This document shows positions 8,276 to 18,099 of a stretch of 64,000 nt of DNA, piece after piece. This DNA is from Bacillota bacterium (GTDB taxonomy: Bacteria; Bacillota; Dethiobacteria; DTU022): positions 11,088 to 75,087 of the forward strand of contig JAKPEE010000156.1 of the NCBI GenBank assembly GCA_029552125.1. Direction: 5' to 3'. The notes below the pieces were generated by a model. That model searched no databases. It was not told the DNA's origin and saw only the letters and a program-made list of their open reading frames with translations. The translations under genes and the position numbers were made by a program. Position 1 is the first letter of the stretch. The number at the start of each line of letters is the position of its first letter.

Positions 8276-8806
8276 ATGGCAGCAGCATTAACCTGTAGCT
8301 GTTCAGGGGTATTAAAGATGCGGTTTAAGGAAATTGTGTTAGATGCAAATATCTGCCCCGGTTTTTTAATGGGCGGTAGCCGGTTATCTTTGCAGATGGA
8401 GAATCTAAGTTTTAGTTCAAAGGAAGTAAGCGCTCCACAGTATTATCAATTTGCCGAGGGAAAGGGGCTGGCTGTATCGGGGTTTGGGACTCTCACGGTG
8501 ACTGAGGAAGGCTCCAGGGAGCAACTGGATGCATTCTTTAATCTTTTTATGATTGAATCAGGGGTTGGAGCCGACAACCACGCTTCCCTGACCCTCTCCA
8601 GTATTACCGGAAATGGAGCCATCATCTCCTATGCATTATCGTTTATTTCTGACAAGGTAGATGTTACGATTATGCCTCATGATGAGCAGCATGCCGTTAG
8701 CGGGATCAATTTAAGGACTGTAAGTTCGCTGCGGCAGCATCAAGCCAAACTAATCATTTTAAAGAATGACCGCATTATAACCAGGGATTTATTGTCGGGG
8801 CATTAG
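8276..8806 (+). CDS. Hypothetical protein
   Basis: 176-aa ORF with coding-like composition and no motif I recognise. The start is uncertain; an internal Met at 'MRFKEIV' is also possible. Confidence 0.4.
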   Translation: MAAALTCSCSGVLKMRFKEIVLDANICPGFLMGGSRLSLQMENLSFSSKEVSAPQYYQFAEGKGLAVSGFGTLTVTEEGSREQLDAFFNLFMIESGVGADNHASLTLSSITGNGAIISYALSFISDKVDVTIMPHDEQHAVSGINLRTVSSLRQHQAKLIILKNDRIITRDLLSGH

Positions 8807-8920
8807 CATCCAATTATTGAGAAGAAGGGGCCTTTGATCACCGCCAACGAACAAACAGGGTGAGAAAGGCCCACCATTTGGTGCCTTATTGTCCCGGAAA
8901 GGAGTGCTGCCGGTCGTATC

Positions 8921-9562
8921 TTAGTTTTTGTCTGATGCCAGTTCCCGGCCCCAGCGCAAAAGGCGTGCGGCCGCGGATTCGCCCAGCGCGGCCAGGTCTT
9001 CGGTGACCAGGTACTCATTGGCCACGGCGTCAAAAAGGATGGAGGCGCTGGCAGGCACCTCCTGGTCCCCGGGTTCAAGGCGCAGCAGCAGCGGCAGGCG
9101 GGGCAGCGCCATCACCAGGTAGGTGTTTGCTTCTTTGCCGGGGCGGGCATTTAATTTTTCTAACAGCAACTGTTTGAACAAGCCCGGCCTGGGGCCGAAA
9201 AATTCGGCCAGAGGGTTCAGGGCGCGTTTGCTAAAAGCGGCACTATAACTGCTGCCGCCCCACAGCCGGTTGAAAGGCAGCCACTTGCCCTGCGGCGGCT
9301 TCCCGGGGGCGCCGGTCAGGTAATGCAACAGGATCAGGGCAGTAGCAGTGGGGGCCGCTTGATTTGTGTTATAGGAGAGAACCTCCCCGGTAGGCCAGAG
9401 GATGCGGTAGATGCGGCCCAGGTAGGGCAGTACGAATTCGCGCCACGACAGGGGCGGGTAGATTGATAAGGCGGCGCCGCTGCTTCGGGCCATCTCCAAG
9501 GTGTTTTTTTCGGCGAATTGCTGCCGCGCCTGCTCCAGCACGGCTTCGTAATTATCTCTCAT
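8921..9562 (-). CDS. Hypothetical protein (possibly DUF3786-like)
   Basis: 213-aa ORF. The N-terminal 'NYEAVLEQARQQF...MARSSGA' pattern resembles DUF3786 proteins as I remember them. This is not verifiable here. Confidence 0.45.
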   Translation of the reverse strand: MRDNYEAVLEQARQQFAEKNTLEMARSSGAALSIYPPLSWREFVLPYLGRIYRILWPTGEVLSYNTNQAAPTATALILLHYLTGAPGKPPQGKWLPFNRLWGGSSYSAAFSKRALNPLAEFFGPRPGLFKQLLLEKLNARPGKEANTYLVMALPRLPLLLRLEPGDQEVPASASILFDAVANEYLVTEDLAALGESAAARLLRWGRELASDKN

Positions 9563-9872
9563 CGGTATACCTCCAGTGATTTTCTATAAATAACCGGTAA
9601 CTCGAGACCACATCTGCCACTCAAGAGCTATTGCTCCCGGCGATGACAGGCGCCAGTGTTTCCAGTTAGTCGTTCTATTTTTTATGCGCCAAATACAATT
9701 TTCGCCGAAAATACTGCCGTTCCTGTTAAACGAGAAAGCATTCTTTGACCGGCGTTTGTAAAAAGAGACTACAGATAATATTTCCCTTATTGGTTGGCTA
9801 TGCTATAATAGTCCTCAACCAGATGGTATTGCAAATGAAGATTATTAGCTTTGGCGAGAGGAGGGCCGTGAA

Positions 9873-10031
9873 ATGGATAAATGGGAATGCCAGGTTTGCG
9901 GATACATCTATGATCCGTCAGAAGGGGACGACAACGCCGGCATCGCGCCGGGAACAGCTTTTGAAGATCTGCCTGATGACTGGGTCTGCCCGGTCTGCGG
10001 AGTGGGTAAAGACGAGTTCGAGAAAATTTAA
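9873..10031 (+). CDS. Rubredoxin
   Basis: Not in the ORF track because it is under 60 aa. My translation is [52 protein letters not shown]. It has the two CxxCG knuckles and the 'YIYDP' and 'F.DLPDDW.CP.CG' rubredoxin signature. GAGAGGAGGG RBS lies 6 nt upstream. Confidence 0.92.
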   Translation: MDKWECQVCGYIYDPSEGDDNAGIAPGTAFEDLPDDWVCPVCGVGKDEFEKI

Positions 10032-10422
10032 TCCTGGCCATGGCAGGTAAGCGGTATTAAGGGGGTGGCCCGAAAATAACCGGGACGCCCTTTATTGTGA
10101 AACTCTATTTATTGATTGCTATTCAGCCTGCCGTCATGCTGTCTAATGTCCTCACGGTAAAGTAAGGCTAATCCGTTAAACGCGAATTTAGCTAAAATAT
10201 CATCGCCAAGCCAGGTTGTGCGGAGGGAGCAGCGGATCTCTCCGCTTTGTTTTATCAAAATTCGTTTAGACCCCTCTGTGTTGTTGCACCGGAAAACAAG
10301 TTTTTCATCCAAACAGGCTTTTGGCAGGGTATTGCAGAAAATGTTACACTATGGAGAAAGGATATCGCCAAGGCAACGAAATCATAGATCGGGAAACATA
10401 ATCAATGGAGGAACATAAATAG

Positions 10423-12393
10423 GTGGAAAACAGATGTCGCCTCAATGGAAATGCCGATGAGGCCTGGCTGGCGCGGCTGCGCCGCGAGGTGAACCAGGCC
10501 CAGTATACTTTTGCCACCGCCCCCGACCCGGTTATCCTGGGGCTGGCGGGGCCCGGCTCGGGGAAAACCCGGGCCCTGGTTTATCGCGCCGCCCACCTGG
10601 TTAAAAGCGGCGTTGCCCCGGAGGAGATCTTGCTGCTTACTTTCACCAACAAGGCCGCCGAAGAGATGAAAGAGCGCCTCAAAAGGCTGCTGGGTTTCTG
10701 GCCGCAAGAGCTGTGGGCCGGAACCTTCCACAGTATCGGCGCCCGCATATTGCGCCGCCACGCCGCCTTGACCGGGCGCAGCAGCAATTTTACCATCCTC
10801 GACGAAGATGATAGCAGGAGCCTTTTTAAACAACTGGTGAGCGAGTTTTCACCAGGCTTAGGCGAGGAAGAGAAAAACCTGCTGCTCAAGCGCGGCTTCC
10901 TGGAGCGGGTGCTCAGCCAGGCCCGCAACTCGGGTTTAACGATTAAAGAAGTGATGGAAGAGGATTACTACTACCGCATTGAATACCTGGAGCTGGTGCA
11001 GAACCTGGCCGCACTGTACGAACAGAAAAAGAAAGAGATCAATGCCTTTGATTTCGACGACCTGCTGTTATACTGGTTGGAGCTGTTTGAACAGCACCCG
11101 CACTTACGGGAAAGCTACCGGCAGCGCTTTAGCCATGTCCTGGTGGACGAATTCCAGGACACTAACGTGATCCAGGGGCGCATCGTCGACCTTTTTGCCG
11201 GCAGCAGCTCCATCTGCGTGGTCGGTGACGACGCCCAGTCCATTTACGCCTTCCGCTTCGCCCATGTGGGCAATATTCTCTCTTTCCCGGAAAAATACCC
11301 GCACTGCCTGGTGGTGCGCATGGAGCAAAACTACCGCAGCACCCCGGAAATCGTGGCGCTGGCCAACTGCTCCATCTCCTTTAACCGGGAACAGTTGCAC
11401 AAAAGGCTGTTTTCTAAAAATCCTCCGGGCGATAAACCCTGGATTGTGGGGGCCCGCAATGCCGTGCAGGAAGCCTCTTTCGTGTCGCAGCGCATCCAGG
11501 AGTTGCACCGCCAGGGGCTGCCGCTGCGCGAGATGGCGGTGCTTTACCGCAGCAGTTATCTGGCCACTGAATTGGAATTCGCCCTGGTGCGGCGCGGTAT
11601 TCCCTACCGCACCTTCGGCGGGGTTAAATTTTTGCAAAAAGCGCATATCAAGGATGTGCTGGCCTACCTGAAAGTGATCTACAACCCTGCCGACGAAGGG
11701 GCCTGGCGCCGTATTGCCACGCTGCAGCCGGGTCTGGGGCCTTCAACATTCAACACACTCTGGTCTAAACTGCGGCAGCAGGGCGATCCCCTGGAGGCGG
11801 CCCTGCAGGGGAAGGTGGCTCCCTCCCGCGGCAAGGCGGGCTGGGAAGCTTTGTGCGCCGCCCTGCAGGCAGTGCGCACCCGGGCCAAGGAAGTGTCGCG
11901 GGCTATCGAGAGCATCATGATTGAAAGCTACGATGCTATCCTGCGTAAAAATTACCCCGACCAGTACGAAGAGCGGCTGCGGGGCATTGAACGGCTGGCC
12001 ATGTATAGCGAGCGCTTTCCGGATCTGGACCGGTTCCTGGAATCCCTGGTGCTGGAAGAATCCCTATTCGAATCGGAATCCGCGGCGGCTTCCGGCGACA
12101 GCCTGACCCTTTCCACCATTCACAGTGCCAAGGGCAAGGAGTGGGAAGCTGTTTTTATAATCGGCATGAACGGAGGGCACTTCCCCAGCAGCCGCGCCGG
12201 CGACCAGGATATCCCCGAGGAGCGCCGCCTGTTTTACGTGGCCGTAACCCGGGCGCGTCGTTTTTTAATCCTTTCCACTTATTGGGAGGACTATCACCAC
12301 TGGGGCGCCGTGACCGAGGGCCCGTCCCTCTTTTTGAAGGAACTGTCCCCGGAATGCTACGAGCCCGTGCTGCTGGATGAGTATGAGTACTGA
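10423..12393 (+). CDS. UvrD/PcrA/Rep-family ATP-dependent DNA helicase
   Basis: 656-aa ORF. Walker A 'GPGSGKTRALVYR', motif II 'LVDEFQDTN', 'QNYRSTPEI' and C-terminal 'TIHSAKGKEWEAVF' and 'RRLFYVAVTRAR'. Confidence 0.88.
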   Translation: MENRCRLNGNADEAWLARLRREVNQAQYTFATAPDPVILGLAGPGSGKTRALVYRAAHLVKSGVAPEEILLLTFTNKAAEEMKERLKRLLGFWPQELWAGTFHSIGARILRRHAALTGRSSNFTILDEDDSRSLFKQLVSEFSPGLGEEEKNLLLKRGFLERVLSQARNSGLTIKEVMEEDYYYRIEYLELVQNLAALYEQKKKEINAFDFDDLLLYWLELFEQHPHLRESYRQRFSHVLVDEFQDTNVIQGRIVDLFAGSSSICVVGDDAQSIYAFRFAHVGNILSFPEKYPHCLVVRMEQNYRSTPEIVALANCSISFNREQLHKRLFSKNPPGDKPWIVGARNAVQEASFVSQRIQELHRQGLPLREMAVLYRSSYLATELEFALVRRGIPYRTFGGVKFLQKAHIKDVLAYLKVIYNPADEGAWRRIATLQPGLGPSTFNTLWSKLRQQGDPLEAALQGKVAPSRGKAGWEALCAALQAVRTRAKEVSRAIESIMIESYDAILRKNYPDQYEERLRGIERLAMYSERFPDLDRFLESLVLEESLFESESAAASGDSLTLSTIHSAKGKEWEAVFIIGMNGGHFPSSRAGDQDIPEERRLFYVAVTRARRFLILSTYWEDYHHWGAVTEGPSLFLKELSPECYEPVLLDEYEY

Positions 12394-12555
12394 GGGGTTT
12401 AGAATCGTTTGTGCCGGATACGGGGAGACAGGAGACTTGGAGAAGAAAACAGAAGAGGCTCTCCCATGGATCCGCTTATCTGGCTGTTGGCTGCTGTATT
12501 TTCATTGTAGCCTTCGAGTTTCCGGGAATTTGTTTTAATTGGAGGAGGGATTGAG

Positions 12556-12855
12556 GTGTCATATGGTGGAGGTGCGGCGGCAGGAGGAGCCGCGGCAGCT
12601 GCGGCAGCGGCCGTGGCCGAGGCCGTCAAGGCATCGGGGGCCATTGTCAGGGTTAGTCCCGCTGATTTCTGTACTATTGTCAACCGGGCCGAAAAGCCGC
12701 TGGTGGTTTTTTCGAAGAGTAAATTTTTCAGGACAGCCTATCATTATTTAACCGGTTACAAAGGCTTTGTATTCTACACCAGGTCAAGCGGGAGGCTGCT
12801 GTTTAAAAGTGGCATCGAGATGGTTAAGGCTCAAAAAATCTGGATTCCTTCTTGA
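12556..12855 (+). CDS. Hypothetical small protein with Gly/Ala-rich N-terminus
   Basis: 99-aa ORF with a GTG start 6 nt after GGAGGAGGG. The N-terminus is 'GGGAAAGGAAAAAAAAVAEAV', followed by a globular-looking half. No recognisable family. Confidence 0.45.
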   Translation: MSYGGGAAAGGAAAAAAAAVAEAVKASGAIVRVSPADFCTIVNRAEKPLVVFSKSKFFRTAYHYLTGYKGFVFYTRSSGRLLFKSGIEMVKAQKIWIPS

Positions 12856-12973
12856 TCAGGATTGACAGAGGCAATGCGAGGAGTTGCACTGCTTTTCTCC
12901 CGTCACCCGTCTCCTGGATTCTGTCTTCCCTCCCTCACAAGCCATTGTAAACGGAAAAAACCATGCCCACTAA

Positions 12974-13002
12974 TAGACGATTCACCAGTGGTATAGTATA
13001 AT
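12974..13002 (+). promoter_or_regulatory. Candidate sigma-A-type promoter for cimA (TAGACG-17-TATAAT)
   Basis: The hexamers are read directly from the sequence with 17-nt spacing. The -10 ends 40 nt upstream of the cimA ATG. Confidence 0.35.
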
Positions 13003-13042
13003 ACCCTTAATTTTATTTTTTTCACGACAGGAGAGACAGCCT

Positions 13043-14680
13043 ATGCCCAATCTTGCCATTTATGACACCACCTTGCGGGACGGGTCGCAGCGGGAAGGGA
13101 TCTCCTTTTCCGTAAGCGACAAACTAAAAATTGCGCAAAAGCTGGATGAATTTGGCGTTTCTTACATCGAAGGGGGTTGGCCCGGCTCCAATCCCAAAGA
13201 TTTGGAATTTTTTAAACGGGCCAGGGAACTTAAGCTGCGGCAGGCCCGTCTCTGCGCATTCGGCAGCACCCGGCGCCCGCATACCGGCGTATCCGAGGAT
13301 GCAAATATTAAAGAACTGGTGGCTGCGGGAACAGATGTGGTCACCATTTTCGGCAAGAGCTGGGATTTTCACGTGCATAACGCCCTCTCTACTTCTTTGG
13401 AAGAAAACCTGGCCATGATTGAGGATACGGTGGTTTACCTTAAATCTTTGGGCCGGGAAGTTATTTACGATGCCGAGCACTTTTTTGACGGCTACAAAAG
13501 CAACCCGGACTACGCCCTGGCGACCATTAAAGCCGCGGCCCGAAGCGGGGCCGATGTGGTCGTGCTTTGCGATACCAATGGTGGACTGCTGCCGTGGGAA
13601 CTGCCGGAGATATTGAGCGCAGTAAAGCAGGCTGTGCCCGTGCGCCTCGGCATTCATGCCCATGATGATACCGGGATGGCGGTAGCCAATACCCTGCTGG
13701 CGGTGCGTCATGGCGTTGAACATATTCAAGGCACGATTAACGGTTACGGCGAGCGCTGCGGCAACGCCAACCTGTGCACCATAATTCCAACTCTGCAGTT
13801 AAAGATGGATCTGCCTGTAGTTTCTTCCGCTCAGCTTCAAGGCCTGACCAAGCTTTCCCGTTTTGTGGCCGAGCTGGCCAACATTGTACCTGCGGAGCAG
13901 CAGCCGTATGTGGGCTTTAACGCTTTCACGCACAAAGGCGGTATCCATGTGGATGCGGTCAGCAAAAGCCCCGTTACTTATGAGCATATCCAGCCGCAGA
14001 AAGTGGGCAACCGGCGGCGCATTCTCGTTTCAGAGCTGTCCGGCCGCAGTAATATTTTTCTTAAGGCGCAGGAGAACAACATCGGGCTGTTAAAAGAGCA
14101 TCCCCAGACTAAAATTGTTTTGCAGCGTATTAAAGAACTGGAGCATCAGGGTTACCAGTTCGAGGGGGCCGAAGGTTCCTTTGAACTTTTGGTTCTAAAA
14201 GCGCTGCAGGCCTACCGGCCCTTGTTCAAGCTGGAGGGGTTCCGCCTGATCGTTGAAAAAAGGGCCAGCGGCCAGCTTTACTCGGAGGCCACCATCAAGG
14301 TTCAGGTGGGGGAGAGGCAGGTGCATACCGCCGCAGAAGGTAACGGCCCGGTCAATGCCCTGGACAACGCCTTGCGTAAAGCGCTGGAGGAAATATACCC
14401 CGACTTGAAGAAAATAAAGTTAATGGATTTCAAGGTAAGGGTGCTGGACGGCGCCGGCGGGACCGGATCGCAGGTGCGGGTGCTCATCGAATCCAGGGAC
14501 GATCGCAAAGCCTGGGGTACGGTGGGGGTTTCCACCAATATTATCGAAGCAAGCTGGCAGGCCCTGGTGGACAGTATTGAATACGGCCTCCTCTGCGGCA
14601 AGCTGCCCGAACTGGATGAGGCCAAGGCGGTGCTGCGGCACTTGAAGGGGACGGAAGAAAAGGCGCAGGGAGAAGAGTAG
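13043..14680 (+). CDS. cimA: (R)-citramalate synthase (2-isopropylmalate synthase / homocitrate synthase family)
   Basis: 545-aa ORF. The N-terminal '[18 protein letters not shown]' HMGL-like barrel motif, '[14 protein letters not shown]' and a C-terminal LeuA-dimer-like regulatory domain are present. Length and N-terminus fit the CimA subgroup. Confidence 0.8.
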   Translation: MPNLAIYDTTLRDGSQREGISFSVSDKLKIAQKLDEFGVSYIEGGWPGSNPKDLEFFKRARELKLRQARLCAFGSTRRPHTGVSEDANIKELVAAGTDVVTIFGKSWDFHVHNALSTSLEENLAMIEDTVVYLKSLGREVIYDAEHFFDGYKSNPDYALATIKAAARSGADVVVLCDTNGGLLPWELPEILSAVKQAVPVRLGIHAHDDTGMAVANTLLAVRHGVEHIQGTINGYGERCGNANLCTIIPTLQLKMDLPVVSSAQLQGLTKLSRFVAELANIVPAEQQPYVGFNAFTHKGGIHVDAVSKSPVTYEHIQPQKVGNRRRILVSELSGRSNIFLKAQENNIGLLKEHPQTKIVLQRIKELEHQGYQFEGAEGSFELLVLKALQAYRPLFKLEGFRLIVEKRASGQLYSEATIKVQVGERQVHTAAEGNGPVNALDNALRKALEEIYPDLKKIKLMDFKVRVLDGAGGTGSQVRVLIESRDDRKAWGTVGVSTNIIEASWQALVDSIEYGLLCGKLPELDEAKAVLRHLKGTEEKAQGEE

Positions 14681-14748
14681 AAGCGGGAGATAGGCTCGGG
14701 AGCAGGAGGCTGGAGCATGGATGGGGTGGCGGTAATGGCCGCCTGGTT

Positions 14749-14785
14749 CCCTCTCCCCTCGTGGGAGAGCGTTAGGGAGAGGAGG
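14749..14785. repeat. Hairpin repeat 'CCCTCTCCCC-tcgt-GGGAGAG' plus GGGAGAGG tail (family copy 1 of 3)
   Basis: The sequence ccctctcccctcgtgggagagcgttagggagaggagg lies in the cimA-downstream spacer. The same 12-mer 'ttccctctcccc' and the same architecture recur at 63003-63041. Confidence 0.7.
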
Positions 14786-14870
14786 CGCCGCTGATAACTT
14801 ATTACACCGGGGGGCACGCTATAGGCAAAAGGTGAGGCCCCCTGGTGCGTGAAAATAAGGAGGTTTTTCC

Positions 14871-15926
14871 TTGAACCTGGAGAAGCTGTTCGGCAGTGTT
14901 ACCGGTATTGGCAGCCTTCCCCATACCGGTGTGGAAGAAGCATTGCAGTTGATTTTTACATACTTCCGTCAACTGCCTCACTGGCCGCAGCTGCCGCGGC
15001 GCAGCGCTGCCGAGGGGTTCGCGGCACAGTACCTGGACCCGCTGTTTCAACGCGAGTTGATCGTTACCAGGGAGGGGCGCACTGCACCATATTTTGACCA
15101 TGAACATCCCCTCTGGGAAGAGCGCTGTCTTTCGTTATTAGAGCTATTAGTGGATGAAAATCCGTCTGCCGTGGAAGAGTTCGCCTTTCCCAGGGATGCC
15201 GCCGCCGGTTTTTACGGCTTCCTTGATGCGGCAGAGCGGCTGCCCGCCGAGACAATATGCCTGAAAGGGCAGCTCAGCGGCCCGGTTACTATAGGATTCC
15301 AGGTCACAGACGCCTCGGGCAAGCCTTCCTTTTATAACCCTCCTCTACGTGAGCTTCTGGTTAAAACCCTGGCGGCCCAGGCCCGGTGGCAGGCCTCTCG
15401 CCTGCAATCTTCAGGTAGGCCGGCGCTGCTGTTTATTGATGATCCAGGACTGTACAGCTACGGTAGTTCCAGCGCTGTGGGGCTGGGCAAAGCGGAGATC
15501 CAGGCTGCGCTGGGCGAGATTATTGCGGCTGTACGCGCAACGGGCTGCTTCAGCGGCGTCCACTGCTGCGCCGGAGCTGATTGGTCGCTGCTATTTGAGC
15601 TGCCGTTGGACCTGGTCAGTTTTGACGCTTACGAATTCTTTCCTTCAATGCAGGCTTGCGCCGAAGAACTGGAAAACTTCTTAAGGAGGGGCGGCGCCCT
15701 GGCCTGGGGGATCGTCCCCACCTCGGAGAAAGCGTGGCAGGAAAGTCCCGCTTCACTGCAGCGGCTTTGGGAAGAAAAAATTGAGTCGCTGGTGCGCCTG
15801 GGAGTAAGCGAGCCGCTCCTGCGCCGGCAGTACCTGATCACACCGGCCTGCGGTACCGGGACGCTGCAGCCGGAGCTGGCCGCACAGGTTTACCGGCTTG
15901 CCGCAGGGCTGGCGGAAAGATTGTAA
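14871..15926 (+). CDS. Uncharacterised TIM-barrel-like protein (MetE C-terminal/UROD-like?)
   Basis: 351-aa ORF with a TTG start 9 nt after AAGGAGG. N-terminal 'GIGSLPH' and C-terminal 'ITPACGTG' resemble cobalamin-independent methionine-synthase-like proteins. Weak assignment. Confidence 0.4.
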   Translation: MNLEKLFGSVTGIGSLPHTGVEEALQLIFTYFRQLPHWPQLPRRSAAEGFAAQYLDPLFQRELIVTREGRTAPYFDHEHPLWEERCLSLLELLVDENPSAVEEFAFPRDAAAGFYGFLDAAERLPAETICLKGQLSGPVTIGFQVTDASGKPSFYNPPLRELLVKTLAAQARWQASRLQSSGRPALLFIDDPGLYSYGSSSAVGLGKAEIQAALGEIIAAVRATGCFSGVHCCAGADWSLLFELPLDLVSFDAYEFFPSMQACAEELENFLRRGGALAWGIVPTSEKAWQESPASLQRLWEEKIESLVRLGVSEPLLRRQYLITPACGTGTLQPELAAQVYRLAAGLAERL

Positions 15927-17018
15927 ATGGACGAAGGAGTGTTGCCTGTGAAAGAAGCACAGCTAACCGATATTTTGCTGGAGCTTTCCGAAAACGCCGG
16001 TGTGGCAGGCGACGAAGAGGGGGTAGTCGGTCTGGCTGCCCGCTACTTCCGGCAGTACACCGACCGGGTGGAAACAGACCGCTTCGGCAACCTTATCGCT
16101 TTCAAACGGGGTGAGAAAAACGGGACCGGAGAGCAGGTATCTCTGGCCGTGTTGACCCATATTGATGAAATCGGTGCCATGGTCACTAAAATTGAAGCGG
16201 AAGGTTTCCTGCGCTTTACCTCCGTGGGCGGCATCGATCCGCGAACCTTGCTGGGGCAGGCGGTGGTAGTGCACGGCCGCACACCCTTAACAGGCGTTAT
16301 CGGCGCCCTGGCACCCCACCTGCTTAGCGAAAAGGAACGAAAAAAAGAGTTAAAAATGGAGCATCTTTTCATTGACCTGGGGCTGACCCGGGAGCAGGCC
16401 CTGGAGCGTTTAAATGTAGGCGACTTTATTTCCCTGGAGCAGAAACCGTTAAAGCTGCCAACAGGCTGTATCACCGGCAAATCTCTCGACAACCGGGCCG
16501 GGGTGGCTGCGGCCATTTTTTGTGCTGCCGAACTGGCCGGAATGAAACATGATGCTGATATATATTTTGTCACTACCCTGCAGGAAGAAGTGGGGCTGCG
16601 CGGCGCCGTCACCGCGGCGTACGGCCTGGCGCCTGATCTGGCCGTGGCTGTAGATGTGACCCACGGAGAATTGCCGGGCCTTTCCAGTGGTGATGTTTTT
16701 AAACTGGGACAGGGCGTAACCATTGCCCTGGGACCGAACATTCATCCCGCCCTGTCCGGCCTGCTTAAAGAGCTGGCCCGGGAGCAGCGGATTCCATACC
16801 AGCCGGAACCGATCCCGGCCTCATCTTCAACCGATGCCTGGGCCGCGCAGGTTTCCCGGGAAGGCATTCCTGCAGCGCTGCTGTCCATTCCGCTGCGTTA
16901 TATGCACAGTGTTGTGGAGATGCTTCACCCGGATGATTTAACCGGCTGCGGCCGCCTGCTTAGCCATTTTGCCCGCAGTGTGGATCGCCGCTTTGTGGAG
17001 GGGTTAGCATGTTTTTAG
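15927..17018 (+). CDS. M42-family metallo-aminopeptidase (FrvX/YsdC/TET-like), paralogue 1
   Basis: 363-aa ORF with 'THIDEIGAMV', 'GKSLDNRAGVAA', 'TLQEEVGLRGA' and 'IPLRYMHS' blocks. Confidence 0.85.
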   Translation: MDEGVLPVKEAQLTDILLELSENAGVAGDEEGVVGLAARYFRQYTDRVETDRFGNLIAFKRGEKNGTGEQVSLAVLTHIDEIGAMVTKIEAEGFLRFTSVGGIDPRTLLGQAVVVHGRTPLTGVIGALAPHLLSEKERKKELKMEHLFIDLGLTREQALERLNVGDFISLEQKPLKLPTGCITGKSLDNRAGVAAAIFCAAELAGMKHDADIYFVTTLQEEVGLRGAVTAAYGLAPDLAVAVDVTHGELPGLSSGDVFKLGQGVTIALGPNIHPALSGLLKELAREQRIPYQPEPIPASSSTDAWAAQVSREGIPAALLSIPLRYMHSVVEMLHPDDLTGCGRLLSHFARSVDRRFVEGLACF

Positions 17019-18022
17019 AAACTCTGTCCAACCTGCCCGGCGTATCCGGCGATGAGGCCAGGGTCCGCCGGGCCATCGTCGAGATTTTAAAGGATCAGCC
17101 GCTGGAACTTAAATGCGACACCATGGGCAACCTTTATGTCCGTAAAAAGGGATCGGCCCGGGATTCGCGGGTTATGCTTACAGCCCATATGGATGAAGTA
17201 GGGCTGATGGTCATGGCGGTGGAAAAAAACGGCCACCTTAAATTTAAAGCAGTAGGCAGTCTTGATTCACGGGTTCTGGTGGCCAAGCGGGTGAAGGTGG
17301 GGCCGGACGCCGTTCCCGGCGTAATCGGGGTTAAGGCGGTGCACCTGCAGAAACCGGGGGAGCGGCGCAAGCCTTTCACCGAAGATCAGCTAACCATTGA
17401 TATCGGAGCCAGTAACGGGGAAGAGGCGGAAAAGTACGTCCGGGTTAGTGATTACGTTTCTTTCGACAGCACCTTTACCGCCATGGGTGAAGGGTATTTC
17501 CGGGGCAAGGCCTTTGATGACCGGGCCGGTTGCGCCGTGCTGCTGGAGCTTTTACTGGATCCGGAAACGCCGCCCTTCGATGCCGTTTTCACCGTGCAGG
17601 AAGAAATCGGTTCCCGCGGGGCCCTGGTGGCGGCCTATACGCTGCAGCCGCAGCGGGCCCTGGTTTTGGAAGGAACTGCCGCTGCAGACACCCCGGGCAC
17701 AGAAAGGGAGCAGTCCGGCACGGTGTTGGGCGCCGGTCCGGCTATCAGCATCATGGATAGCTCCGTGATTGTAGACCGGGAAATGCTCCGGGAGCTGGTT
17801 CATACCGCTGAAGCGGCGGGTATTCCCTACCAGTATCGCCGTTTTACCGGGGCGGACACCGATGCGGGGGCCATAGCCCTTTCCCGGGAAGGGGTAAAAG
17901 CGGCGGTGGTCTCGGTGCCCTGCCGTTATATTCATTCGCCGCATGGCGTGATGCGGGAGAGCGATTTTCACCATACGGTAGCCCTGATCCGTGCATGGTT
18001 GCAGAGTGGAACCGGGAAATAA
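17009..18022 (+). CDS. M42-family metallo-aminopeptidase, paralogue 2
   Basis: 337-aa ORF with 'AHMDEVGLMV', 'GKAFDDRAGCAV', 'VQEEIGSRGA' and 'VPCRYIHSP'. It overlaps the upstream paralogue by 10 nt. Confidence 0.85.
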   Translation: MFLETLSNLPGVSGDEARVRRAIVEILKDQPLELKCDTMGNLYVRKKGSARDSRVMLTAHMDEVGLMVMAVEKNGHLKFKAVGSLDSRVLVAKRVKVGPDAVPGVIGVKAVHLQKPGERRKPFTEDQLTIDIGASNGEEAEKYVRVSDYVSFDSTFTAMGEGYFRGKAFDDRAGCAVLLELLLDPETPPFDAVFTVQEEIGSRGALVAAYTLQPQRALVLEGTAAADTPGTEREQSGTVLGAGPAISIMDSSVIVDREMLRELVHTAEAAGIPYQYRRFTGADTDAGAIALSREGVKAAVVSVPCRYIHSPHGVMRESDFHHTVALIRAWLQSGTGK

Positions 18023-18099
18023 AGGGTACGGGTAAAGCACCAGGCCTTTTGTTTAAGCCTTTTCTGCCTGCGGACAATAAGATCTAAGGCTTTGAATAA

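Noticed and set aside
10109-10312. A 67-aa minus-strand ORF lies in the 390-bp spacer between the rubredoxin and helicase genes.
   Set aside because: Its composition looks protein-like. However, it has no RBS before the ATG, no recognisable motif and no terminator. That is not enough to call a gene.
12560-12625. GCN-rich periodic DNA occurs at gcggcggcaggaggagccgcggcagctgcggcagcggcc. A similar stretch at 21530-21560 might be a tandem repeat or a CRISPR-like array.
   Set aside because: Both are in-frame poly-Ala/Gly coding tracts: the N-terminus of the 99-aa ORF and the DprA inter-domain linker. There is no spacer-repeat structure. No CRISPR array is visible anywhere in the window.
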